NCBI GenBank assembly: GCA_964517265.1
Contig: CAZFBS010000003.1
Span: 71,500-135,499 of the forward strand
Direction: 5' to 3'
Length of the DNA: 64,000 nt
Origin: an uncultured Rhodospirillaceae bacterium
GTDB lineage: Bacteria > Pseudomonadota > Alphaproteobacteria > Rhodospirillales > Defluviicoccaceae
This document shows, in pieces, positions 47,822 to 57,519 of this stretch. The number at the start of each line of letters is the position of its first letter. The first letter of the stretch is position 1. Under the pieces are notes generated by a model. It did not search any database and was not told the origin of the DNA. It was given only the letters and a program-made list of their open reading frames with translations. The position numbers and the translations under genes are program-made.

Positions 47822-49609
47822 ATGGGTGAACGCCGAGACAAGAAGTTGCGCAGCCGCCTGTGGTTTTCCGATCCTGACGCCCCCGATATGAGCGCGCTTT
47901 ACCTGGAGCGGTACCTTAACTACGGCCTGACGCGGGAGGAATTGCAGTCGGGCAGGCCGGTGATCGGGATTGCTCAGACCGGCAGCGACCTGGTGCCGTG
48001 CAACCGCCATCATCTGGATCTCGCAGTTCGTCTCAAGGAAGGCATTCGCGATGCCGGCGGCATTGCGATGGAATTTCCGGTTCATCCCCTTCAGGAGACG
48101 GGGAAACGGCCGACGGCGGCGCTCGACCGCAACCTCGCCTATCTTGGCCTCGTCGAGGTTCTCCACGGCTATCCTTTGGATGGAGTGGTGCTGACAACCG
48201 GCTGTGACAAGACGACGCCGGCGTGCCTGATGGCGGCGGCCAGTGTCAATCTGCCCGCGATCGTGCTCTCCGGCGGCCCGATGCTGAACGGCTGGTTCGA
48301 GGGACGGAAGGTCGGCTCCGGCGCCGTCATCTGGCACGCGCGGCGGCTGCTGGCAGCGGGCGAGATCGACTATCAGGGTTTCATGGAGATGGCGGCGGCG
48401 GCCGCGCCCAGCATCGGCCACTGCAACACCATGGGCACCGCGCTGTCGATGAATGTGCTGGCGGAGGCGCTCGGGATGTCGCTACCCGGTTGCGCCAGCA
48501 TCCCGGCGCCCTACCGCGAACGCGGCCAGATAGCTTACGCGACCGGCAGACGGATCGTCGACATGGTCTGGGAGGATCTGCGCCCTTCGCGGATCATGAC
48601 CCGCGCTGCGTTCGAGAACGCGATCGTCGTTGCCAGTGCGATCGGCGCCTCGACCAACTGCCCGGTTCATCTGATCGCGATCGCCCGTCACATGGGCGTC
48701 GATCTCACGGTGGAGGACTGGCAGGTTCATGGCCATGACATCCCCTTGCTCGTCGATGTCCAGCCGGCAGGCGAGCATCTGGGCGAAGACTTCCATCGCG
48801 CCGGAGGAACGCCGAGCGTCATCCACGAGCTGATGAAGGCTGGGCGGATTCACGAGGATGCGCTGACCGTCACCGGACGCACCATCGGTGAGAACATCGC
48901 GCAGGCAAAAACCGCGGAGCCAAGCGTGATCCGGCCGTTTCATGATCCGCTCAAGGAGGAGGCGGGCTTCATCGTCATGACCGGCAATTTGTTCGACAGC
49001 GCGATCATGAAGACTTCGGTGATCGGCAGCGCGTTTCGGGCCCAGTACCTCGAGACGCCGGGAAAGGAGAACATCTTCGAAGGCACCGCGGTGGTGTTCG
49101 AGGGACCGGAAGACTATCACGCGCGGATCAACGATCCTGCCGTTCGGATCGACGCGCATAGCATTCTGTTCATGCGCAATTGCGGGCCGGCCGGCTATCC
49201 CGGGTCTGCTGAGGTGGTCAACATGCTGCCACCGGACTCGCTGATCAAGAGCGGCGTCCTGGAGCTGCCCTGTGTCGGCGACGGCCGCCAGAGCGGCACC
49301 TCCGCAAGCCCGTCGATCCTCAACGCCTCGCCGGAGGCCGCTGCCGGAGGCAATCTCGCCCTGGTGCGCACGGGCGATCCGGTTCGCATCGATCTCAACA
49401 CCCGCCGCGTCGACGTACTGATCGACGCCGATGAACTGGATCGACGGCGTAAGACGTCGGCTCCGGCTTCGTATCCTCCGAGCCAGACCCCCTGGCAGGA
49501 GATCTACCGCTCAATGGTTGGACCCCTCTCGACCGGCGCCTGTCTGGAGCCGGCCACCGTCTATCTCAACATCATCGAGACTCGCGGCAACCCCCGCCAC
49601 TCGCATTGA
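47822..49609 (+). CDS. IlvD/Edd-family dehydratase (sugar-acid dehydratase-like)
   Basis: LRSRLWF...PVIGIAQTGSDLVPCNRH...GGIAMEFP...TTGCDKTTPA...HCNTMGTA pattern of IlvD/Edd enzymes. The N-terminus resembles arabinonate/xylonate dehydratases more than biosynthetic IlvD. Confidence 0.85.
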   Translation: MGERRDKKLRSRLWFSDPDAPDMSALYLERYLNYGLTREELQSGRPVIGIAQTGSDLVPCNRHHLDLAVRLKEGIRDAGGIAMEFPVHPLQETGKRPTAALDRNLAYLGLVEVLHGYPLDGVVLTTGCDKTTPACLMAAASVNLPAIVLSGGPMLNGWFEGRKVGSGAVIWHARRLLAAGEIDYQGFMEMAAAAAPSIGHCNTMGTALSMNVLAEALGMSLPGCASIPAPYRERGQIAYATGRRIVDMVWEDLRPSRIMTRAAFENAIVVASAIGASTNCPVHLIAIARHMGVDLTVEDWQVHGHDIPLLVDVQPAGEHLGEDFHRAGGTPSVIHELMKAGRIHEDALTVTGRTIGENIAQAKTAEPSVIRPFHDPLKEEAGFIVMTGNLFDSAIMKTSVIGSAFRAQYLETPGKENIFEGTAVVFEGPEDYHARINDPAVRIDAHSILFMRNCGPAGYPGSAEVVNMLPPDSLIKSGVLELPCVGDGRQSGTSASPSILNASPEAAAGGNLALVRTGDPVRIDLNTRRVDVLIDADELDRRRKTSAPASYPPSQTPWQEIYRSMVGPLSTGACLEPATVYLNIIETRGNPRHSH

Positions 49610-49648
49610 GCTGTGGCCGGGCGCCGGATCGGAGTTGAAGTGGATAGG

Positions 49649-49724
49649 TGGCGACCCCAACGGGACTCGAACCCGTGTTTTCGCCGTGAAAGGGCGATGT
49701 CCTAGGCCACTAGACGATGGGGTC
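49649..49724 (-). tRNA. tRNA-Glu (anticodon UUC)
   Basis: The reverse complement reads GACCCCATCGTCTAGTGGCCTAGGACATCGCCCTTTCACGGCGAAAACACGGGTTCGAGTCCCGTTGGGGTCGCCA. It shows a 7-bp acceptor stem, a T-loop GGTTCGAGTCC, an anticodon loop CTTTCAC and an encoded CCA. Confidence 0.9.
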
Positions 49725-49992
49725 GGCAAGGCCTCAAGTAACCGCCCCGAGCGGCAAAATCAAGCCCGCCGTCGTTGTGAGGCTCGGTGCCGCCTTTCCA
49801 AGACGGGAGCAAGGGGGCCGTCTTGATGACAGTTGCCGGCCTTTGGCCCTTCCGCGGGTTCCGCGGCCGTGCTAGGGTCCGCGCCAGGATGCGGGGGCGC
49901 GACACCGGACGCCAAGGTTTGTCTGCGCGAACATCCGAAGGAAGTCATGACGTCAAGTACGGATGCTCGAGTGTAAGGGAGGAGTAAGGCTG

Positions 49993-51234
49993 ATGCTGCA
50001 AGGTAAGGTATTGATCGCTCAAGGCGGCGGGCCGACAGCGGTGATCAACGAGTCGATGGTTGGAGCGGTGATCGAGTCGCGCAAGGTCCCCTCGGTCGAG
50101 CGGGTCTATGGCGCCCGGCACGGCGTGCGCGGGATCATCAACGAGGATTTCGTCGACCTCACCCGTGAAACCACCCACAATCTCGAAATGGTGGCGCGCA
50201 CGCCAGCGGCTGCGCTGGGTTCGACCCGCGACAAGCCGGACCCCAAGTATTGCCAGCAGATCTTTCAGGTTTGCCAAGCGCACGATATCCGGACGTTTTT
50301 CTATATTGGCGGCAACGACTCCTCGGATACCTCCCGGATCGTGCGGATGGAGGCGGAAAAAGCCGGTTACGCGCTCAATTGCGTGCATATTCCCAAGACG
50401 ATCGACAACGACCTTGTCATCAACGATCACACCCCTGGCTTTCCGTCGGCGGCACGATACGTCGCCCTCGCGTTCGCCGGAGCGAACCTCGACAACCGGG
50501 CGCTTCCGGGTGTCTACATTGCCGTGGTCATGGGCCGGCACGCCGGCTTCCTCACCGCTGCGTCGGCACTGGGCCGCAAGTTCGAGGACGATGGGCCACA
50601 TCTCATTTACATTCCGGAGCGGACGTTCAGTCTCGACGAGTTCACCAAGAGCGTTCAGGAGGTCTACGCCAAGTACGGTCGCTGCATCGTTGCCGTTTCC
50701 GAGGGTGTTCACGATGCCTCGGGCGAGCCGATCGCAACCAAGCTCGTGTCCAAGGTCGAGCGAGACGCCCACGGCAACGTGCAGCTCTCGGGAACCAGCG
50801 TTCTTGGCGATCTGCTCGCCGACCACATCCGGGCGAACACCAACATCAATCGCGTGCGTGCCGACACCCTCGGTTACACCCAGCGCTCGTTCCTTAGCGT
50901 GGTGTCCGACGTGGATGCCCGCGAGGCGCGCGAAGTCGGTGAGAAGGCCGTTCAGTATGCGCACTTCGGCGACTCCAAGGGCCAACACTCGGGGTCCGTC
51001 ACCATCCACCGCACGGGCTTCTATTCCGTTCGCTATCATCTCTCCGCGCTTGAAGACATCGGCGGCAAGACCAAGACCATGGCCGATGAATTCATCCACG
51101 AGAACGGCCATGACGTGAGCGACCAGTTCCTCCTCTATCTGCGTCCTCTGTTGGGCTCGGGATTCCCCGATGTGGCGCAACTGCGCATCTACACGGTGCC
51201 GAAAATTTTGAACGCCCAGAAGGCGGCGCAATAG
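49993..51234 (+). CDS. pfp: 6-phosphofructokinase family, pyrophosphate-dependent type
   Basis: GGGPTAVIN, IGGNDS (Asp at the position equivalent to E. coli Gly104) and PKTIDND (Lys at the Gly124 equivalent). These are the two residues that distinguish PPi-PFKs from ATP-PFKs. GGAGGAG Shine-Dalgarno. Confidence 0.8.
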   Translation: MLQGKVLIAQGGGPTAVINESMVGAVIESRKVPSVERVYGARHGVRGIINEDFVDLTRETTHNLEMVARTPAAALGSTRDKPDPKYCQQIFQVCQAHDIRTFFYIGGNDSSDTSRIVRMEAEKAGYALNCVHIPKTIDNDLVINDHTPGFPSAARYVALAFAGANLDNRALPGVYIAVVMGRHAGFLTAASALGRKFEDDGPHLIYIPERTFSLDEFTKSVQEVYAKYGRCIVAVSEGVHDASGEPIATKLVSKVERDAHGNVQLSGTSVLGDLLADHIRANTNINRVRADTLGYTQRSFLSVVSDVDAREAREVGEKAVQYAHFGDSKGQHSGSVTIHRTGFYSVRYHLSALEDIGGKTKTMADEFIHENGHDVSDQFLLYLRPLLGSGFPDVAQLRIYTVPKILNAQKAAQ

Positions 51235-51297
51235 CCCGCCGGGACATGCAAGCAGCGAGTCGGCGACCGCGTTGTCGACTCGCGCCGATCGGAAAGG

Positions 51298-51324
51298 GGC
51301 GCCCGCGTTGCTGCGGGCGCCTTT
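51298..51324. terminator. bidirectional intrinsic terminator between convergent pfp and recJ
   Basis: 9-bp GC stem ggcgcccgc / gcgggcgcc with a 6-nt loop. It is flanked by aaagg upstream and ccttt downstream, giving a U-run on either strand. A second 8-bp hairpin (gcgagtcg...cgactcgc) lies at 51255-51283. Confidence 0.55.
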
Positions 51325-51403
51325 GCCGGTTGAGCCGTCACGGCGAGGGCAGGATGGGTTCGCGCTAGCGGGCCCGACGGGTCCCACGGTTCGCTTAGCG
51401 GGG

Positions 51404-53224
51404 TTATCCCGCCGTTACCGCAGCGATGTCGTCGATCTGAAGCTGAACCCGTTGCGCGCCGCCGCGGCTGTCTTCCCGCAGACGACCGGCAATGTGCAGC
51501 GGTGCTCCCTTGTGCTGCAGCAGCGCCTGCCCGAGGGGGTTGTCGGCGCAGCGAAAGGCGATCGCGTTGAGGCGCGTGCGCGCGAGGTCCCCCAGCACAC
51601 AGCGGACGTGGCCGCCGCTCGCGACCGACGTGTGAAGAATCCGTGCCGACGGAATGGCGAACCGCGGCTCGGGATTGCCCATGCCGAACGGTCCCGCCCG
51701 GGCAACCACGGCCGAAAGCGAGGGCACTGCGCCGCCAACCGTGAAGGTGCCGTCAAGATAAAGAACGGGCTGCCGCATCGCCGTCTCGACCGCCGTGCCT
51801 AGCCGCTCGGCAAGGAACGCGCGCAATTCCGCCAACCTCTCTTCTTTCACGCTGAAACCCGCCGCCATTGCATGGCCGCCGCCTCTCAACAGCAGGCCGG
51901 CCTCGCGCGCCGCGATAATGGCCGCGCCGAGATCCGCGCCGCCGATCGAGCGCCCGGATCCGGTCCCAATTCCATCGCGAATGGCGACGACACAAGCCGG
52001 CTGATGGTAGCGCTCGACCAGCCGGCTGGCGACGATGCCGACCACACCGGGATGCCAGCCGTGTCCCGCAGCGACCAGAACGCTGGAGCCGCTGCCTGTG
52101 GCCGCCTGCATCGCCACCTGTGTCAGCGCTTCCTGAAGAACCAGGCCTTCGATTTCCTGTCGCGCCCGGTTGGCCTGATCGAGGCGGCGCGCCATCTCCG
52201 CCGCTTCGTCACAATCCTCACTCGCCAGCAGACGGGCGCCCAATCCCGCCTCGCCGACGCGGCCGGCGGCATTGATGCGCGGGCCGAAAACGAATCCGGC
52301 GTGATAGGTGCCCGGCGGTGTGTTGAGCCCCGCAATTGCGGCAAGCGCCTTCAATCCCGGGTTGGTCCAACCGGCCATCACCTTGAGGCCCTGGATCACC
52401 AACGCACGATTGACCCCCCGTAACGGGACCAGATCGCACAGGGTCCCGAGAGCAACAAGATCCAGCCATCGGCGCAGATCGGGCTCGGCTCGCTCCCCAG
52501 TAAAGAAGCCGCGACGGCGAAGCGCCCGGTTGACCGCGACCACCAACAGGAACGTCACTCCGACGGCGGCAAGGTGGCCCTGGCCGCTCGCATCGTCGAT
52601 TCGGTTCGGATTGACGATCGCGGTGGCCGGCGGAAGCTGACTTTCGACCGCATGATGATCGACAACGACGACATCCAGTCCGGCGCCCGCGGCGGCACGC
52701 AAGGCCTCGTGGGCGGATGTGCCGCAATCCACGGTGACGACCACGGCAATGCCGTCCCGGTGCAATCGGATCAGCGCGTCTGCGGTCGGTCCATACCCTT
52801 CGCTGAGGCGATCGGGGACGTAAATCCGCAAACGACGGCCGACGGAGGCGAAGAACCGCGCCAGCAGAGCCGCCGATGTGGCGCCATCGACGTCATAATC
52901 GGCGAAGACCGCAACCGGCTCGTTCGTGCAGATCGCCTGCGCCAGCCGGGCCGCACCCGTTTCCATGTCCGCAAGCCGGTCGGGATCGGGCAGGGATGTC
53001 CGCAAGGTCGGGTTGAGGAAGTCCTCGGCCTGTTCGATGTTGACACCGCGCCCCGCCAATACACGCCCCACTAACTCCGGAACATCGAGCCGCTGCGCCA
53101 TTGCCAGCGCGGCCCGGCTATCGAACGGGCGGGAGAGCCATCTCTTGCCAGAGACGGAAGTCTCCACCCCGAGGACCACATCCTCCGAGGCGTTCCGCTC
53201 CGCTGCTGGCGAAAAAGGCGGCAC
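51404..53224 (-). CDS. recJ: single-stranded-DNA-specific exonuclease RecJ
   Basis: 606 aa with DHH-family motifs (VFADYDVDGATS, VTVDCG, VVVVDHH) and a DHHA1 region (GGGHAMAAG). The GTG start lies 2 nt after the hom stop. Confidence 0.9.
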   Translation of the reverse strand: MPPFSPAAERNASEDVVLGVETSVSGKRWLSRPFDSRAALAMAQRLDVPELVGRVLAGRGVNIEQAEDFLNPTLRTSLPDPDRLADMETGAARLAQAICTNEPVAVFADYDVDGATSAALLARFFASVGRRLRIYVPDRLSEGYGPTADALIRLHRDGIAVVVTVDCGTSAHEALRAAAGAGLDVVVVDHHAVESQLPPATAIVNPNRIDDASGQGHLAAVGVTFLLVVAVNRALRRRGFFTGERAEPDLRRWLDLVALGTLCDLVPLRGVNRALVIQGLKVMAGWTNPGLKALAAIAGLNTPPGTYHAGFVFGPRINAAGRVGEAGLGARLLASEDCDEAAEMARRLDQANRARQEIEGLVLQEALTQVAMQAATGSGSSVLVAAGHGWHPGVVGIVASRLVERYHQPACVVAIRDGIGTGSGRSIGGADLGAAIIAAREAGLLLRGGGHAMAAGFSVKEERLAELRAFLAERLGTAVETAMRQPVLYLDGTFTVGGAVPSLSAVVARAGPFGMGNPEPRFAIPSARILHTSVASGGHVRCVLGDLARTRLNAIAFRCADNPLGQALLQHKGAPLHIAGRLREDSRGGAQRVQLQIDDIAAVTAG

Positions 53225-53226
53225 CT

Positions 53227-54516
53227 TCAGAAGGGTTCGATGCGGATGACGCGCGGCGGCTCGACACAGGAGGGGAGATCGAAAATGGCATCGAGAGCCT
53301 GCATCATCGCGCCTTCCTCAGTGTCGTGGGTGGTGAGCACGAGCGGGACGGCTTCCCCGGGAGCGCGGCTGCGCTGGATTACCGCCTCCATCGACACCGC
53401 GTGATCCCGCAGTATCGCGGCAATATCGGCAAACACCCCCGGCTTGTCGAGAACCATCAGCCGCACATAGTAGGCACCGCAATGGTTGCTCATGCCTGCG
53501 CTCGGCAGCTCAAGAAGCTCCCCCGCAGGGACGGCGAAGGTGGGAACTATCTGACCCCGTGCGATGTCCGCAATGTCGGCGACCACGGCCGATGCCGTCG
53601 GCCGTTCGCCGGCACCGCGACCGACCTGCATGATCGTGTCGACGAAATCGCCGTCCGCGACGATGGCGTTGAACACGCCCTCGACGTGAGCGATGGGCGC
53701 ACCGATCGGCACCATGCAGGGATGAACTCGTCGCTCCAGTCCCGCGGCGGTGAGGGCGGCGATACCCAGCAGCTTGATACGGTAGCCGAGCTCCTCGGCA
53801 AACGCGATGTCGATGGCGGAGATGTAGCGGATGCCTTCCACGTGAACCGCATGGAAGTCAACGGGACAGCCGAACGCGACACTGGCCAGGATCGCCAGCT
53901 TGTGCGCCGTATCGATCCCGTCGACATCGAAGCTCGGATCGGCTTCCGCATAACCGAGAGCCTGCGCTTCCGCCAGAACCTCGGAGAACTCCCGGCCGCC
54001 TTCGCGCATCGCCGTCAGGATATAGTTGCTGGTCCCATTCAGAATACCGTAAATGCGCCCATGAGCGTTGCCGATAAGACCCTCGCGCAACGACTTGATG
54101 ATGGGAATGCCGCCTCCCACCGCGGCCTCATAGGCAAGGGTCACGTTCGCGGCCTCAGCCGCCCGGGCGAGAGCGGTGCCGTGATGGGCGATCAGGGCCT
54201 TGTTAGCGGTTACGACGTGACGGCCGGCAGCGATCGCCGTTTCGCAGACGGCCTTGGCAACACCATCGGATCCGCCGATTAACTCGACGATGACATCCGC
54301 CTCGGTACTGCGCGCCATCGCGACGGCATCGTCATACCAGGTATACGACTCAAGAGAAACGCCCCGGTCCCGGCGGTCGAGATCCGCAACGGCCACGATG
54401 CCGATCTCGCGCCCCGTGCGCTGGCGCAACAATCCAGCGTTGGTCTGCAGCAGCCGGACCACGCCGGTGCCGACCGTGCCCAAGCCCGCCACGGCAATCT
54501 GCAACGGCTTTTCCAT
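53227..54516 (-). CDS. hom: homoserine dehydrogenase
   Basis: IAVAGLGTVGTGV Rossmann motif, VVTANKAL, and a C-terminal ACT-like domain. Start set to the second ATG (54516) on Shine-Dalgarno spacing. Confidence 0.9.
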   Translation of the reverse strand: MEKPLQIAVAGLGTVGTGVVRLLQTNAGLLRQRTGREIGIVAVADLDRRDRGVSLESYTWYDDAVAMARSTEADVIVELIGGSDGVAKAVCETAIAAGRHVVTANKALIAHHGTALARAAEAANVTLAYEAAVGGGIPIIKSLREGLIGNAHGRIYGILNGTSNYILTAMREGGREFSEVLAEAQALGYAEADPSFDVDGIDTAHKLAILASVAFGCPVDFHAVHVEGIRYISAIDIAFAEELGYRIKLLGIAALTAAGLERRVHPCMVPIGAPIAHVEGVFNAIVADGDFVDTIMQVGRGAGERPTASAVVADIADIARGQIVPTFAVPAGELLELPSAGMSNHCGAYYVRLMVLDKPGVFADIAAILRDHAVSMEAVIQRSRAPGEAVPLVLTTHDTEEGAMMQALDAIFDLPSCVEPPRVIRIEPF

Positions 54517-54550
54517 TTGCATCCCTGTCGTTTCTATCGTTCTCGCGCGG

Positions 54551-55774
54551 TCAGCCGGCAACCGAGATTTTGCGGTCGGTCCCGTCGATGACGTTGTGAT
54601 AGCGGCTGAGAAACGATTTGATGCTGCGAACCGCTTGGCGAATCCGATGCGTATTTTCGACCAGGGCGAAGCGGACGTGGTTGTCGCCATGTTCGCCGAA
54701 ACCGATTCCCGGCGAGACCGCGACCTTCGCCTCCCTCAGCACCAACTTGGAGAATTCAAGCGAGCCGAGGTGGCGGAACGCGGGCGGGATCGGCGCCCAG
54801 GCAAACATCGTCGCAGGCGGGGAGGGCACATCCCAGCCGGCGTTGACCAGGCCTGAGATGAGGACATCGCGGCGTTGACGATAGTGCTCGCGCATCTCCG
54901 TGACACAGTCCTGCGGCCCGTTGAGGGCGGCGGTGGCGGCAACCTGAACCGGGGTGAACGCGCCGTAGTCGACATAGGATTTCACGCGGGCCAGCGCCGC
55001 GATCAATGTCGGGTTGCCGCAGGCAAATCCGATTCGCCATCCCGGCATCGAGTAGGTCTTGCTCATCGAGGTGAATTCGACCGCAACGTCCTTCGCCCCC
55101 GGCACCTGAAGAATCGAGGGAGGCGGATTGTGGTCGAAATAAATCTCCGCGTAGGCGAGATCGGAAAGCACGTAGATTTCCCGCTGGCGGCAGAAGTCGA
55201 CCACCTCGGCGTAGAAATCCAGAGTCGCCAGCTGAGACGTCGGGTTGTTGGGGTAGTTCAACAGGACCGCCGTCGGTTTGGGCACGCTGTGCTTCACCGC
55301 CCGGTCAAGCGCGGAAAGCAGATCCCCGTCCGCGGTGACCGGAATGTTGCGCACCGCCGCGCCGGCAATAATAAAGCCGAACTGATGAATCGGATAGCTC
55401 GGGTTGGGAACGAGAATGACGTCGCCGGGGCTGGTAATCGCGCCGGCAAGGTTGGCCAGTCCTTCTTTGGAGCCGATCGTCACCACCACCTCGGTCTCTG
55501 GGTCGACGTCGACACCGAACCGGCGCCCGTAGTACGCGGACAGCGCCCGTCGCAGGCCTTTGATGCCGCGTGATTCCGAATACCGGTGGGTGCGCGGGTC
55601 TTGTACCGCCTCGGTCAGCTTATCGACGATGTGTTTCGGCGTCGGGAAGTCGGGATTGCCCATGCCAAAGTCGATGATGTCCTCGCCGGCGGCCCGCGCG
55701 CGTGCCTTCATCGCGTTGACTTCGGCAAACACGTAAGGCGGAAGGCGCCGGATGGCATGAAATTCGCTTTGCAT
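54551..55774 (-). CDS. class I/II pyridoxal-phosphate aminotransferase (AlaC / LL-DAP aminotransferase-like)
   Basis: RLPPYVFAEVN, IDFGMGNPD, and SMSKTYSMPGWRIG (PLP lysine). GAGGAG Shine-Dalgarno before the ATG at 55774. Confidence 0.85.
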   Translation of the reverse strand: MQSEFHAIRRLPPYVFAEVNAMKARARAAGEDIIDFGMGNPDFPTPKHIVDKLTEAVQDPRTHRYSESRGIKGLRRALSAYYGRRFGVDVDPETEVVVTIGSKEGLANLAGAITSPGDVILVPNPSYPIHQFGFIIAGAAVRNIPVTADGDLLSALDRAVKHSVPKPTAVLLNYPNNPTSQLATLDFYAEVVDFCRQREIYVLSDLAYAEIYFDHNPPPSILQVPGAKDVAVEFTSMSKTYSMPGWRIGFACGNPTLIAALARVKSYVDYGAFTPVQVAATAALNGPQDCVTEMREHYRQRRDVLISGLVNAGWDVPSPPATMFAWAPIPPAFRHLGSLEFSKLVLREAKVAVSPGIGFGEHGDNHVRFALVENTHRIRQAVRSIKSFLSRYHNVIDGTDRKISVAG

Positions 55775-55991
55775 GGTGCTCCTCACATAAAGAACTTGCC
55801 GGGCGGAACGGGAGCCCCCGCGCCGATCCCTCGATCCAGATGCTCACCGTTTCAACTGTAGAAAGCCTGTTGAACGCAGACCACAGCGCAATGCTGCCAC
55901 TGCAAACGAACAATGTGCAGCCCGTTGTCTGACGAGATGCGATGGCCGCTGTGAGGCTGGCACGTGAAAATAGCAGGATGCGAAAATAAAT

Positions 55992-57311
55992 CTAGTAAGT
56001 GAAATAAATCTCCGTACCCGTCACGTCCACCTCTCCTGCAGCGGGCGCGCCGCTTCCCGCCGCCGTACTGATTTCCTGGCGATCGACTCCCAGGCGAACC
56101 AATTCCTGCGCCACCGCGTTCGCGCGCGCAAGGGAGGCCTGCTCGTTCCTTGTGCCCTCTTCAACAGAACCGCTCCCGTCCTTAGCACTATGATGGCCGA
56201 CCACACGAATCCGGCCGCCGCGCTGCTGATGGAGTGCCGCCACCTCGCGCAGGATGGCGCGCTCGCTCTCGCCGAGCTCCGTTTCGCGCTCGAAACGTAC
56301 GGTGGCGACCTTTTCGGAGCGTGGCGAGGATGACGGCGGCTCCGTTGCCTCGCCAAGCGCTGCCACGTCGTCTCGCGCCATCGAACCCACATCCGCCGCT
56401 GGCGCCGCCTCGCTCAAGGCAGGCGACGCAGGTCCTGGCGGCGGCGGTGGCGGCAGGTCATCGATCGATGCCGAGGCAGGCGCCACAGGCTCCGGCTGTT
56501 GGCGCGGCGGCGCGCTGGTAAGCCCGAGTGTCGGGGGCGCGACGTCCGCAAATCTCGGCGGTGGCGGTGGCGCCGAGGTCGAGACCGTCGGTCCGGACGG
56601 TGGTGGCGTGTCACTGAAAGCGACCGGTGAGGATGTACCCCTTGCCGCACCGGGTCCGCGTGCAGCGGCGGCCCCTCCCGGCGCGCGAGCAACGTCCGTC
56701 GATGGTCCCACTCTCCCTGCAGTCGCGGCCACCGGTTGCCCTCCTCTCGGACCCGGCCCCTGCGCCGCGTCTTGCGCGCTTGTTGGAGCCGCGGGACCGA
56801 GCCGGGCACGAATGACTTCCGGTGACGAGGAACCTGCCGCCACCGCCGGAGCTTCCGAATCAAAGCTGCTTCCGCCATCCGCCATTGCGGACAAGGCGCT
56901 GCGGCGTTCGCCCGACATGCCCTGAAGCGGAATCCCGCGACTTGCATGGCGAGAGCGCGTTCGATCGGCGATCAACCCTTCCGTCAGCTGGCTTGTTTCG
57001 GCTGGTGTCCGGACCACCGGTCTCTGCGGACCCTCGCCAAGATTCGGGAACGGCTGGTCGCGTCCGGCAATTTCTGGCGGCGTGTAGACGGGCGCGTTGG
57101 CCGCTGCCGAAGCTGTGCTTGCATCGCTGCCGCTCTGGGAATCGCCGGCAGGAGCCCGTTCCGCGCCTTGGTACTCTTGGGCCGGGCTGACCGCATCAGG
57201 AGCGGAAGAGCACGCACCGAAGGCAAGACCGGCCGAAACGACCAAGCCAAGCCGAACGCCAGCAGCGCGGCCGGCACGGAGCCGAAGGCGCGAGCGGTCA
57301 CGATTTTTCAT
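55992..57311 (-). CDS. OmpA-like domain lipoprotein with long Pro/Ala/Ser-rich linker
   Basis: Lipobox-like LAFGAC after a basic N-terminus. About 250 aa of low-complexity P/A/S/G sequence. C-terminal OmpA-like segment (IRVVGHHS...NEQASLARANAVAQELVRLGV). Confidence 0.65.
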   Translation of the reverse strand: MKNRDRSRLRLRAGRAAGVRLGLVVSAGLAFGACSSAPDAVSPAQEYQGAERAPAGDSQSGSDASTASAAANAPVYTPPEIAGRDQPFPNLGEGPQRPVVRTPAETSQLTEGLIADRTRSRHASRGIPLQGMSGERRSALSAMADGGSSFDSEAPAVAAGSSSPEVIRARLGPAAPTSAQDAAQGPGPRGGQPVAATAGRVGPSTDVARAPGGAAAARGPGAARGTSSPVAFSDTPPPSGPTVSTSAPPPPPRFADVAPPTLGLTSAPPRQQPEPVAPASASIDDLPPPPPPGPASPALSEAAPAADVGSMARDDVAALGEATEPPSSSPRSEKVATVRFERETELGESERAILREVAALHQQRGGRIRVVGHHSAKDGSGSVEEGTRNEQASLARANAVAQELVRLGVDRQEISTAAGSGAPAAGEVDVTGTEIYFTY

Positions 57312-57519
57312 ATTTGCCGTGGTCTCCTCTTCGTTGGCGTGTCAGCCGCGAGCGTCGATCCATCCACCGGCGTTGCTCCGTCTCTGGCAACGGGTTATAA
57401 ACTGATGATATGCATTCACGGCCTCGGCATATATGACCGCTACCGGATTGGCGGCCATACACGCACGGTTGAGACGTGCACCGGATCGCTGCTTGCCCGG
57501 TAAGCATAAGGATTGAGTG

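Noticed and set aside
49649-49992. tRNA-Glu as an integration hotspot or genomic-island boundary
   Set aside because: The flanking genes (an IlvD-family dehydratase and pfp) are ordinary metabolic genes with normal composition. No integrase, direct repeat of the tRNA 3' end, or mobile gene is visible.
49945-51387. 480-aa minus-strand ORF
   Set aside because: Antisense to the PPi-phosphofructokinase gene. It also runs through the predicted terminator.
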